From positions 1 through 19,277 of the forward strand of contig JANPJS010000290.1 in assembly GCA_031425655.1 (NCBI GenBank): 19,277 nt of DNA, written 5' to 3'. The notes below the pieces were generated by a model that saw nothing but the letters and a program-made list of their open reading frames with translations, ran no database searches and was not told where the DNA came from. Origin of the DNA: Abditibacteriaceae bacterium (GTDB lineage Bacteria > Armatimonadota > Abditibacteriia > Abditibacteriales > Abditibacteriaceae). How positions within the stretch are numbered: position 1 is the first letter of the stretch; the number at the start of each line of letters is the position of its first letter. Of this stretch, positions 1 through 8,930 are shown in pieces. The translations under genes and the position numbers were made by a program.

Positions 1-35
1 GCTTTGCTATTTTTCAAACAGCTTCTTAAATCGAA

Positions 36-65
36 ATCCGTGTTTATCGGTGTTCATCAGTGGTT
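36..65. repeat. Right arm of a 9-nt-periodic palindromic repeat (same family as 1003-1131)
   Basis: atccgtgtttatcggtgttcatcagtggtt closely matches 1080-1109 (atctgtgtccatccgtgtttatcagtggtt). The left arm would lie upstream of the window. Confidence 0.8.
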
Positions 66-165
66 TATTTATTTAGACGGTTTAAGTTTTTCGCGTGCTG
101 AAACAGAGGCGAAACACAAGCCGATTAAAATGCACAGCGATCACAGATTGCTGTGGAGTCATTTT

Positions 166-981
166 ATGCTGATCAAGCTTGGTTACGAAATTGAATTCGA
201 TCTTCCGGCGCCCGTCGCCATGCTGCTTTTGCTGCGCGTTCATCCCTCGCGCCAGTCCGATGTGCGACGCGAGCAGATTATAATCGAACCGGAGGTGCCT
301 GTGGAAACTTTTACCGATGTTTTCGGTAATCGCTGCGACCGCATTCACGCGCCCAAAGGCAAGCTGCGATTGTGGGCGGATGCCATCATCGAAGATTCCG
401 GCCAGCCTGATGCCGTCTCGCCGGGCGCCGAGCAGTGGCCGATTGAAAAGCTGCCTGCGGAAGTCCTGCCTTTTCTGATGAGCAGCCGCTATTGCGAAGT
501 GGACAAGCTGTCGCCCGTGGCGTGGGAATTATTCGGCCAAACCAAGCCCGGCTGGCCGCGCGTGCAGGCGATTTGCGATTGGGTGCATCAAAAAGTGGAG
601 TTCGGCTATCATCACGCGCGCTGGACGAAATCCGCCACCGACGTTTATGTCGAGCGCGATGGCGTGTGCCGCGATTTCACGCATTTGGCGCTGACTTTGT
701 GCCGCTGCATGAACATTCCTGCGCGTTATACAACGGGCTATTTAGGCGACATCGGTGTGCCGTATTCCGCCGCGCCGATGGATTTCAGCGCGTGGTTTGA
801 AGTATATTTAGGCGGCCAATGGCACACATTCGATGCGCGCCATAACGCGCGGCGCATCGGTCGCATCGTTATGGCGTATGGCCGCGATGCCGTAGATGTC
901 GCGCTCACCACGTCTTACGGCTCGGCGCCCCTTTCAAAGTTCAAGGTCTGGACGGACGTTGTGCATTCCGTAGATGCTTGA
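166..981 (+). CDS. Transglutaminase-like family protein
   Basis: GVCRDFTHL catalytic-Cys motif, PARYTTGYL, DFSAWFEVYL, WHTFDA, GRDAVDV. Start moved to ATG 166 because GGAG lies at 155-158 and the longer ORF reads through a repeat. Confidence 0.9.
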   Translation: MLIKLGYEIEFDLPAPVAMLLLLRVHPSRQSDVRREQIIIEPEVPVETFTDVFGNRCDRIHAPKGKLRLWADAIIEDSGQPDAVSPGAEQWPIEKLPAEVLPFLMSSRYCEVDKLSPVAWELFGQTKPGWPRVQAICDWVHQKVEFGYHHARWTKSATDVYVERDGVCRDFTHLALTLCRCMNIPARYTTGYLGDIGVPYSAAPMDFSAWFEVYLGGQWHTFDARHNARRIGRIVMAYGRDAVDVALTTSYGSAPLSKFKVWTDVVHSVDA

Positions 982-1002
982 AGCTGTCTGAGAGTCACCC
1001 TT

Positions 1003-1131
1003 AAGCCTCAATAAAAGAGGTTTTAACCACTGATAAACACGGATGGACACGGATTTCGGTTTTTCGATTTTGCCTTGTCATCTGTGTCCATCCGTGTTTA
1101 TCAGTGGTTAAAACCTCTTTTATTGAGGCTT
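1003..1131. repeat. Long inverted repeat (52-bp arms, 25-nt loop) between convergent genes; may also terminate transcription in both directions
   Basis: Arm 1003-1054 is the reverse complement of 1080-1131 with one G-U-compatible mismatch. The core is aaccactgataaacacggatggacacggat. Confidence 0.95.
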
Positions 1132-1138
1132 CTAAGAA

Positions 1139-2974
1139 TCACTCGCCCAAAACCAGATGACCGTATTTCTCGGCGATGACGTTGCGCTTGATTTTCAAAG
1201 TCGGCGTCAGTTCGCCGGCTTCGACGGAAAAAGCGTGGCTGACGAGCGCGACTTTGCGAATTTTCTCGAAGTCGGCCAAGTTTACCGAGTGCGCGTCAAT
1301 TTCCTTGCGAAAGAGCGATTGCACGCCGCTGAGTTGCAGCAAAGCGTCGTCGTTTTCGGCGCTGAGATTCTGGGTTTTGGCCCAGTCTCGCACGCGTTCC
1401 AGATGCGGCACGATCAGCGCCGAAACGGCTTTTTGCTTGTCGCCCAGCAGCACGACTTGCGAAATATACGGCGAATCACCCAAACCCAGTTCAATCGGCG
1501 CGGGCGCGATTTTTTTACCGTTCGCCAACACCAGAAGGTCTTTTTTGCGCCCCGTAATGCGCAGGCGCCCGTCTTCCATTGCGCCCAAATCGCCGGTGTG
1601 AAACCAGCCTGCGGCGTCAATGGCATCTTTGGTTTCTTCGGGTTTGTTCCAGTAGCCCTTCATTATGGTCGGGCCGTGAACGAGGATTTCGCCGTCATCC
1701 GCGATTTTGACTTCGACGCCGTCTAAAATTTCGCCGACCGTGCCCAAACGCACGCGCCCCGGACGATTAAAAGCGATAACCGGGGAAGTTTCGGTCAGGC
1801 CGTAGCCTTCTAAAATCGTCACGCCCATGCCCAAAAACATCGCGCCGAGTTCGGGCGACATCGGCGCGCCGCCCGATACGAAAGCCCACAATTTTCCGCC
1901 GAACTTTTCGCGCACTTTGGAATAAACAAGCGCATCGTAAATCTTGTGTTTGATCTTTTCAGACAGTGAAAGCCCCGGCGCACCGGGAATTTTTCCTTCG
2001 CTTGCACCGGCTTTTTTGGCCAGTTCCAACGCGTCCTGAAATTTGGCGCGCTGGCCTTCGGGCATAGACTTGGCCTGCGACAAAATCTTGTCGCGCATCG
2101 TTTCGTGCAGGCGCGGCACGCAAAACATCACGGTCGGCTGCGCTTCGCGCATATTTTTGTCTACGGTGAAAAGGCTTTCGCAAAACGCAATCGGAGCGCC
2201 TAATCGCGTTGGCAAATAATAGCCGGCGGTGCGTTCGTAAACGTGCGCGAGCGGCAAAAACGACAAAAACACATCGTTGGCCGACAATTTCCGAATCGAA
2301 CGCAAAATCGCCTCGACGTTGGACACCAAATTCTGATGCGTCAGCATCGCGCCTTTGGGATTACCGGTCGTGCCCGAAGTGTAAATAATCGTCGCCACGT
2401 CGTCGGTTAAGGCGGCGGGCCAGGTGGATTCGTAATCGTCGGGATGCACGGCCAGATGGATTTCGCCGCGCTTTTCAAGTTCGACGGAATCGAGCGCCGT
2501 CATATTGCAGTTGGGAATCTGACGGGCCGGCGCGGCGGCTTCGGCGTCCATGCCGATAATCGCTTGCACCTCGGAAATTTGCTCAGCGATGGCGTCAATT
2601 TTGGCGCGCTGCTGCACGGTCGAGACTAAAACGGCCCGCGCGCCGCTATCCTGCAAAATGTATTGCACTTGCGCGGGCGGCAGCGTGGAAAACATCGGCA
2701 CCACGACGACGCCGATCATCTGGCAGGCCAAATCGGTTATCACCCATTCGGGGCGATTTTCGGCCAGAATTGCCAGCCGGTCGCCGCGCGAAAGGCCGAG
2801 GGCAAGCAATCCGCCCGCAGTCAGGCGCACGCGCAGCGCGATTTCGCCATACGTCGCGTATTTGTAGGCGCCGCTTGCGTCTTTAACGCCTAAAAACGGC
2901 TCTTCGGCGAATTGCACGAAGGAGCGTTGTGCCATTTCCGCGAGAGTTTGCGCGGGTTTGTTGGGATCAAGCAT
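1139..2974 (-). CDS. Long-chain fatty acid--CoA ligase (AMP-dependent synthetase, FadD15-like)
   Basis: IIYTSGTTGNPKG AMP-binding loop, EGYGLTETSP, GWFHTGDLG, ITGRKKDL, ELTPTLKIKR. Confidence 0.93.
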   Translation of the reverse strand: MLDPNKPAQTLAEMAQRSFVQFAEEPFLGVKDASGAYKYATYGEIALRVRLTAGGLLALGLSRGDRLAILAENRPEWVITDLACQMIGVVVVPMFSTLPPAQVQYILQDSGARAVLVSTVQQRAKIDAIAEQISEVQAIIGMDAEAAAPARQIPNCNMTALDSVELEKRGEIHLAVHPDDYESTWPAALTDDVATIIYTSGTTGNPKGAMLTHQNLVSNVEAILRSIRKLSANDVFLSFLPLAHVYERTAGYYLPTRLGAPIAFCESLFTVDKNMREAQPTVMFCVPRLHETMRDKILSQAKSMPEGQRAKFQDALELAKKAGASEGKIPGAPGLSLSEKIKHKIYDALVYSKVREKFGGKLWAFVSGGAPMSPELGAMFLGMGVTILEGYGLTETSPVIAFNRPGRVRLGTVGEILDGVEVKIADDGEILVHGPTIMKGYWNKPEETKDAIDAAGWFHTGDLGAMEDGRLRITGRKKDLLVLANGKKIAPAPIELGLGDSPYISQVVLLGDKQKAVSALIVPHLERVRDWAKTQNLSAENDDALLQLSGVQSLFRKEIDAHSVNLADFEKIRKVALVSHAFSVEAGELTPTLKIKRNVIAEKYGHLVLGE

Positions 2975-2980
2975 GATCGT

Positions 2981-3448
2981 TTAGCCCTCGATGTTAAAAG
3001 TTCCCGGCCCGGTGCCACGCACGTCGGCGAAGTGTTCCATTTTACGCAGCGTCGCCAGCGAGGAGCGGCGCCGTTCGAGCGCCTGGTCTATTTTGATGCA
3101 AATCAATTCGTAAACGTCCACGTTGGGGATGTTTTTTTCCACGTAGTCGAAGGCGCCCAATTTCATGCATTCGACGGCGTTGGAGACGTTGCCGTAAGCC
3201 GTCAGCACGATGACTTCGGTGAAAATATCGCGCGCAAGCGTAGCTTTCAGCACTTCGACGCCCGAATTGGGCGATTCCATCAGCATATCCGACAAAACCA
3301 CGTCGAAAGGCGGGTTCGCGTCCTGAATTTTCTGCCTCGCCTCGGCCTGCGAACCGGCGGTTTCGACTTCGTGGTTTTCGCGCTTGAGACGGCGCTCCAG
3401 CGACAAGCGCACGTCGTCTTCATCGTCAATTATCAGAATTCTGCCCAT
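2981..3448 (-). CDS. Response regulator (receiver domain plus short C-terminal tail)
   Basis: ILIIDDE acidic pocket, phosphoacceptor in LSDMLM, LTAYG, GAFDYVEK. Start set at ATG 3448, preceded by GAAGGA and overlapping the kinase 3' end. Confidence 0.9.
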   Translation of the reverse strand: MGRILIIDDEDDVRLSLERRLKRENHEVETAGSQAEARQKIQDANPPFDVVLSDMLMESPNSGVEVLKATLARDIFTEVIVLTAYGNVSNAVECMKLGAFDYVEKNIPNVDVYELICIKIDQALERRRSSLATLRKMEHFADVRGTGPGTFNIEG

Positions 3449-5387
3449 TTTGTTCCTTCGGCTGATTTGCCGTGTTTTCAGTTTCTTTTGGCTTCGCATC
3501 GCGCCCGCTGCTCAGCGGCAAAAGCACGATGAAATGCGCGCCTTCGCGGCGGCCTTTGCCGGCGTTGAGATCGCCGATTTCGCGGATGATGCCGCTGTGC
3601 GCTTCGATGATGCCTTTCACGATGGAAAGGCCCAGTCCCATGCCTTTGGCCTTGCGCGTATAAAACGGCGTGAAAACGCGCTCGCGGTCTTGCTCGGTCA
3701 GCCCCGGCCCGTGATCTATGAACTCGATTTGAATCACCGGCCCGTGAACCTGCTGGCGCGTCAGAGCCAAAACCAAATCGCGGTCGGCGAGGGCAGTGCG
3801 AATGGTCAATTGCCCTCCGTGCGGCTGAAAATCCACCGAATTCTCGATTAATTCGCTAAAAGCCCGCTTTAATTTCACTTCGTCCACAGCAATCGGCGGT
3901 AGGCTCGGCGCCAAATTCAGCACCAGATCAATATTCGAATGTTTGGGAAAACTTTCCGCCGTAATGCGCCGCAAAATCTGATTAATATCGCCTTCGGTGG
4001 CGTGAAGTTGCGTTGCCAAAACGAAGTCGCGGAACTCGCCTAAAATGCCTTCGAGCCGATAAATGCCGCGCGTGATATGTTCTTGCAGCAAACGCGGCTC
4101 ATCCCAGTCGGTTTTAACGATGGCCACGCTTTCCGCGCTGTGGCCTTTTATCCAGTGATTTAGCTCGTTGACGTGGCCTTTGATGCCGAAAACCGTGTTG
4201 CCGATCATGTGCGCGGCGCGTGCGCTCATTTCGCCCCACGCGGCCATGCGCTCCGATTGCAAAATCCGATTCATCAAGCGCGTGCGGTCAATGGCGACGG
4301 CGAGTTGGCTGGCTAAAGTCACCAGCACGTCTTCGTCGGCTTGCGTGAACTCTTGCGGCAGGAAATTGAGCAGACCTTTACGCAATCGCACCACGCGCAG
4401 CACGCCGGTTTTGCTGCGCTGCGTCCACACCGGCGCGGCTAAAACGGCGGCGATTTCGGCAGCCGGCGCTTCCATAAACGAGCCTTTCCAGCGCGGATCA
4501 TGGCGCGGGTCGGCCACGCGAATCACTTCGCCGTGCTGCGCCACCCAGCCGGTCAGACCTTCGCCGCGATCATAAGCGACGGCCTGCTGTCCGGTTTGCT
4601 CGCGCAACGGGCCGTAACTCGCCGCGAGGTGCAGCATATCGTTTTCGTCGTCCATTAGGAACAACGAGCAGTCTTCAGCGCGCAGAATTTTAGTGGCCTG
4701 AGTCACCACGTCCTGCATCAAAGCGTCGAGATCGGAGATCGAGTTGAAATCTTTGCCGATGGAAATCAAGGCTTCTTCGCGCACTTGATGCTCGGCCATC
4801 GAAACGATCAGCGCCACGCGCCGCGCTAAAACCGACAGCAGATTGGCGTGTTCTTCGGTAAAAGCATTGTGTTCGGAGCTTTCGATGTTAATCACGCCGA
4901 TAGCACCGCCGCCGGGCGCGATGATCGGCACCGCGACTTCGCTGCCCACGTCCGCGAAAAAGCCGATGTAATGCGGGTCAGCGTTCACATTTCCGGTGAA
5001 ATAACGCCGGCTCGTCAGTAAAACGTGCCGCGTAATGCCCTGCCGCTTGCCTTCGGCCAATGCCGCGTGGCTACCCGGCTCGTGTGGATGAATGTTGACG
5101 CGCAGGCGCCGAATATCCTCTGTCCAGCCTTCGCCCGCCGTGAAACGCAGCGCCAGTTCGCCGCTTAGCGTGTCCACGAGCGCCAAAAACGCTCGCGTGC
5201 CGCCGACAGCCTTCATGGCTTCTTCGAGTGTGGCTTTGAGCAATTCGTCGGCTTCGGCGAGCGAGGTTTGCGAAATTTCAACGTCGAATTCGTGAGGATG
5301 AAAAGCGGTTCCGGGCAAAGCGGCGTCGGAAATTGTGCCGCGTGCCGGCGTGGTTCGTGAAATATAATTGTCCGTCGAGGTGTTCAT
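3426..5387 (-). CDS. Sensor histidine kinase with two GAF domains (cytoplasmic)
   Basis: GAF signatures (SEVAVPI..IGVINIES..AFTEEH; GEGLTGWVA..VLAAPV..FTQADEDVL), H-box AAHMIGN, N-box ELIENS, DHGPG, FTPFYTRK, GMGLGL. No transmembrane segment is evident. Confidence 0.92.
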   Translation of the reverse strand: MNTSTDNYISRTTPARGTISDAALPGTAFHPHEFDVEISQTSLAEADELLKATLEEAMKAVGGTRAFLALVDTLSGELALRFTAGEGWTEDIRRLRVNIHPHEPGSHAALAEGKRQGITRHVLLTSRRYFTGNVNADPHYIGFFADVGSEVAVPIIAPGGGAIGVINIESSEHNAFTEEHANLLSVLARRVALIVSMAEHQVREEALISIGKDFNSISDLDALMQDVVTQATKILRAEDCSLFLMDDENDMLHLAASYGPLREQTGQQAVAYDRGEGLTGWVAQHGEVIRVADPRHDPRWKGSFMEAPAAEIAAVLAAPVWTQRSKTGVLRVVRLRKGLLNFLPQEFTQADEDVLVTLASQLAVAIDRTRLMNRILQSERMAAWGEMSARAAHMIGNTVFGIKGHVNELNHWIKGHSAESVAIVKTDWDEPRLLQEHITRGIYRLEGILGEFRDFVLATQLHATEGDINQILRRITAESFPKHSNIDLVLNLAPSLPPIAVDEVKLKRAFSELIENSVDFQPHGGQLTIRTALADRDLVLALTRQQVHGPVIQIEFIDHGPGLTEQDRERVFTPFYTRKAKGMGLGLSIVKGIIEAHSGIIREIGDLNAGKGRREGAHFIVLLPLSSGRDAKPKETENTANQPKEQNGQNSDN

Positions 5388-5490
5388 ATACTGCCAAATT
5401 GGAGCTTCTTAAAATCGCCGAGAGTATAACGAACCCGGCTTAAGCACCGATTTGGCAGCGAACTGAAGCAGCGCAAACGCATCCGTGGTT

Positions 5491-5614
5491 TTTCAACGGG
5501 AAGGCGGAAAGAACGGGAAGTCGGGAGGAGATTTGAGTGCTTTTTTCTGCCTCGTCAGCTTTCAAGGCTTCCCGTTCTTACCGTCTTCCCGTTCCTACCG
5601 TCTTCCCGTTGAAA
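5491..5614. repeat. Imperfect inverted repeat of 9/18-nt periodic units
   Basis: Left arm tttcaacgggaaggcggaaagaacgggaag (from 5491); right arm cttcccgttcttaccgtcttcccgttcctaccgtcttcccgttgaaa (5568-5614). Confidence 0.85.
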
Positions 5615-5637
5615 GCGGCGAGACCGCGTAACATGAG

Positions 5638-6381
5638 CTAATAATTGAGATTGATGCGCTGTTGCACGCGCTCTTCGACGCGGCGATTGCGAAACAGCGA
5701 AACCAAAATCAAGCCAGCCACAAAGCCGCCGATGTGGGCAAAATAAGCCACGCCACCTTTGCCTTGCTCAGTTCCCGGCGCGATGGAGCCATAGCCGCTC
5801 ATAAACTGCAAAACGCCCCACAAACCGATAACGATAAGCGCCGGAAGCGAAACGATGGCGAATCCGAACAAAACGCGCACGCTGCGAGTGGGATACATCA
5901 CTAAATAGCCGCCCAGCACGCCTGCGATGGCGCCCGACGCGCCCAACGACGGCACAACACTGCTCGCATCCGTCAAAATTTGCGCGAATGTCGCAACGAT
6001 GCCGCAAATCAAGTAGAAAATCAAAAATTTCACGCCGCCCAAAGCATCCTCGACGTTATCGCCGAAAATCCACAAATACAAGATATTGCCGAAAAGGTGC
6101 ATAAAACTGCCGTGCATGAACATCGCGCTGAAAATCGTCAGGAAAATCGGCGCCGGGCCGGGCGCTTGCGGAATCGGGCCGTAGCGTGTGCTGATTGGGT
6201 TCACCAAGTCAGTTCCGCCCGTAATTTCGCGCGGAATCACCGAATAGCCGTAAGTAAAGGCGTCGCTTTGCATTTGCAGTCCGAAAAACACCAGCAAATT
6301 GATGGCGATCAGAATATAAGTCACGACCGGCGTGTTAACGCGGCCATGATTGTCGTCGCCGATTGGCATCAGTTGAAACAT
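5638..6381 (-). CDS. Rhomboid family intramembrane serine protease
   Basis: MFMHGSFMHLFGN, GASGAIAG (catalytic Ser), AHIGGF (catalytic His), multiple transmembrane helices. Confidence 0.95.
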   Translation of the reverse strand: MFQLMPIGDDNHGRVNTPVVTYILIAINLLVFFGLQMQSDAFTYGYSVIPREITGGTDLVNPISTRYGPIPQAPGPAPIFLTIFSAMFMHGSFMHLFGNILYLWIFGDNVEDALGGVKFLIFYLICGIVATFAQILTDASSVVPSLGASGAIAGVLGGYLVMYPTRSVRVLFGFAIVSLPALIVIGLWGVLQFMSGYGSIAPGTEQGKGGVAYFAHIGGFVAGLILVSLFRNRRVEERVQQRINLNY

Positions 6382-6651
6382 GAAAATCCTTTGCTCACTG
6401 TGATTGTCGTCTGCGCCGCGCGTGCCCTTGCAAATTCGGGGCGCGGCTTAGCGCGGCGATGGTGCAGCGTGAATTCGCTTCTCTTTGCGCTTCGAATTGC
6501 TTGCGTTATCATTGAAATGATTGTGATTTAAGGCAAATCTGGCATCGCAAAGGCTCAAAGTCAGCGGAGCGCCGACGCAGGCAAGCGAAACGCATTTCCT
6601 CTGCTGCATCATACGTCGTATATCCACGAATTTGAGGCGGTTTCTATCAAA

Positions 6652-7221
6652 ATGACTGAACATGAGTCTGTCACGCCAGCATGGACACACCGCGAATATT
6701 TCACGCGATTCCGCCTCAACGTTGCACAATATGGAGAGATTCTGATCGCACAGGTGTTTCAGGGCGAAAAAATGGGTGATTCACAACGTTGTTACGACGT
6801 GGAAACATCGTATGAGAAAATACGAGCTAATTTCGCGGCTCACGGAACTGTCCAAGAAATAGTCAAGAGTTGCCTTTCGATTTTTCGATGTGTAGGAGAC
6901 GGGAACATCCGTATCGAAGTGAAATCCAAGCTGGAGCGAACGTCATCGGGCACAGCCAGCGTCATAATGTGCAATGATGGGAAGTTTGATGGAGTCAAAA
7001 AATATCTCCCTGCTACACATTTCGCGGTAATCCTTTTTGACAACGAGGGAAACGCAAAAAACGCTTGGCTGTTTACAAGCGAGACGGCACGAAAGTTACG
7101 AACCCAAACAAAGAGTAAGCATATTTCCGTGTCCTCTTTGACGAAGGGATCGCCAAATGGTGAACACAAGCTCATTGATATTTCGGGCCTGATAAATGTG
7201 GAAGCCTCTAAGCCGTTGTGA
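6652..7221 (+). CDS. Hypothetical protein, low GC, possible PD-(D/E)xK nuclease fold
   Basis: 189-aa ORF with GAGG upstream. Motif order GEILIA..CYDV..RIEVKSK. Hand-counted GC 26/60 (6781-6840) and 27/60 (7081-7140), lower than the flanking genes. Confidence 0.65.
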   Translation: MTEHESVTPAWTHREYFTRFRLNVAQYGEILIAQVFQGEKMGDSQRCYDVETSYEKIRANFAAHGTVQEIVKSCLSIFRCVGDGNIRIEVKSKLERTSSGTASVIMCNDGKFDGVKKYLPATHFAVILFDNEGNAKNAWLFTSETARKLRTQTKSKHISVSSLTKGSPNGEHKLIDISGLINVEASKPL

Positions 7222-7250
7222 CTTGGAGCCGGAAAAGCAAGATAACTCGC

Positions 7251-8927
7251 ATGGCCCGGCCCGGATTCGATTCGCTCACTTTAGCCGCTTTTACGCACCA
7301 AGCGCAGTCGCTCGTCGGCGGGCGCATTCAGGGCATTCGGCAGCCGTCGGAACACGTTGTGGTTTTCGAGGCGTATCGCGCCGGATTTGGCGGCGTGCGC
7401 TGGCTGTTTGACTGCTCGGCGCAGTGGGCGCGCACGCATTTCACGACGGAGCGGGCGCCCAATCCGCAATCGCCGCCGGCTTTTTGCGCGGCGCTGCGTA
7501 AATTCGTGGAAGGCGGGCAGATTCTCTCCATCGAGCAGCGCGGTTTCGACCGCATTTTGGATATTGCCATTCGCGGCCATGAAGGCGCCGATTACATCTT
7601 CACCGGCGAATTCATGGGTCGCCACAGCAACCTAATTCTGCTCGGCCCCGACGAAGGTGGCGCGCGTAAAATTCTGCACGCCGCGAAACTCATTCCCGCC
7701 AAACTCAGCCGCGTGCGCGAGATTTTGCCCAACAAAATCTACGTCGCGCCGCCCGCGCCGGACAAGTTGAATCCGCTTTTGTCGCACGACGCGCCGTTGA
7801 ACGCTTATCTGGGCATCAGCCCATTTTTAGCGCAGGAAATCGCGGCGCGCACCATCACATCAGGAAGCGAAAGCGCCGCGATGGCCGCGCTTTTTGAAGC
7901 GGCGCAGCGCAATCAGTGGCAGCCGGTTTTGCTGCATGATGCCGATGGCAACGCGGCGGGCGCCTATCCGCTTCGGCTCGGAGCTTGGCCGCAAGAGCAA
8001 CAGCAAGCGCGCGATTCGATCAGCGCCGCGTTGGACGAATATTACGCGTTTGCCATGCCTCGCGCGCAAACCGATGGCGAAAAGCGCACACTTTCGGGCG
8101 TGCTGAATAAAGCGTGGGAACAACGCGCGCAATCGCTGGCGCAAGTGGAAAAAGGACAAAAAGAAGGCAGTCGCGGGGCGCAGTTTCGGCGCTGGGGCGA
8201 TTTACTTCTGGGCAATCTGTGGCAAATCGAAAGCGGGCAGAGTAGCGCTGTCGTGCCCGATTATTTTCAAGACCCGCCCGTTGAAATCACGATTCCGCTC
8301 GACGCCGATTTATCGCCGCAGGAAAACGCGCAAGCCTTCTTCGAGCGCGCCCGGCGCGGCGAAAAAGGCGCGGCGCGTTTGCTGGAACTGCACGCGAAGA
8401 TGCAAAGCGAAATCGCCGTTATCGAAGCCGCGCAAACGCAGCTTCAAAGTGCCGAATCGCCTGAAGAATTGGCAATCGTGCGTGAATTGGCGCAGTCGCA
8501 CGGCTGGCTGCACGCCGCGCCATCCGGCGCCAAAGATGTGCAGTCGCGGCCCGATTTCGGCGGCAAACGAATTCGCGCCTTTACTTCGCCCGAAGGCTGG
8601 CAAATCTTCGTGGGCGACAACGCCGAAGCCAACGATTATTTGGTGCAAAAGTTGGGGCAAGCCAACGATTGGTGGCTGCATTTGCGCGCCGGAACCAGTG
8701 CGCACGCGATTATTCGCACCAACAACGCACCGCAAAAAGTGCCGCGCGAAACGCTGGAATTTGCCGCGCGCCTTGTCGTCGCACGCAGCGCCGCCAAACA
8801 CGCCGGAGTCGTCGCGGTCGATTACACGCTCAAAAAATACGTCCGCAAACCGCGCAAAGCGCCGCCCGGCAGCGTAACTTATTCGCAGGAAAAAACGCTG
8901 CACGTTATGGCGAAGCCGGAAGCGTGA
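7251..8927 (+). CDS. rqcH: NFACT family protein (RqcH/Rqc2/FbpA), ribosome quality control
   Basis: N-terminal FDSL, PPAFCAALRK, GFDRIL (DR motif), EFMGRHSNLIL, ENAQAFF coiled coil, and C-terminal NFACT-R (VGDNAEAND..DWWLH..VDYT..YVRKP..PGSVTY). Start set at ATG 7251. Confidence 0.9.
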   Translation: MARPGFDSLTLAAFTHQAQSLVGGRIQGIRQPSEHVVVFEAYRAGFGGVRWLFDCSAQWARTHFTTERAPNPQSPPAFCAALRKFVEGGQILSIEQRGFDRILDIAIRGHEGADYIFTGEFMGRHSNLILLGPDEGGARKILHAAKLIPAKLSRVREILPNKIYVAPPAPDKLNPLLSHDAPLNAYLGISPFLAQEIAARTITSGSESAAMAALFEAAQRNQWQPVLLHDADGNAAGAYPLRLGAWPQEQQQARDSISAALDEYYAFAMPRAQTDGEKRTLSGVLNKAWEQRAQSLAQVEKGQKEGSRGAQFRRWGDLLLGNLWQIESGQSSAVVPDYFQDPPVEITIPLDADLSPQENAQAFFERARRGEKGAARLLELHAKMQSEIAVIEAAQTQLQSAESPEELAIVRELAQSHGWLHAAPSGAKDVQSRPDFGGKRIRAFTSPEGWQIFVGDNAEANDYLVQKLGQANDWWLHLRAGTSAHAIIRTNNAPQKVPRETLEFAARLVVARSAAKHAGVVAVDYTLKKYVRKPRKAPPGSVTYSQEKTLHVMAKPEA

Positions 8928-8930
8928 AAC

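Noticed and set aside
133..155. Small hairpin cacagcgat-cacag-attgctgtg touching the transglutaminase SD
   Set aside because: A 9-bp stem with a wobble pair; too weak to call regulatory without conservation data.
4..165. N-terminal extension of the transglutaminase ORF
   Set aside because: It translates a repeat arm (SVFIGVHQW); a better ATG with an SD lies at 166.
5392..5458. ctgccaaat / atttggcag inverted 9-mers around the kinase promoter as an operator
   Set aside because: Short and widely spaced, so compatible with chance.
6382..6651. tRNA, ncRNA or att site in the rhomboid-orphan intergenic region
   Set aside because: No cloverleaf, no recognisable RNA motif, and no direct repeat matching the far side of the orphan gene.
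7251..8927. Fibronectin-binding adhesin annotation
   Set aside because: No signal peptide is present, and NFACT/FbpA proteins are established as ribosome quality-control factors.
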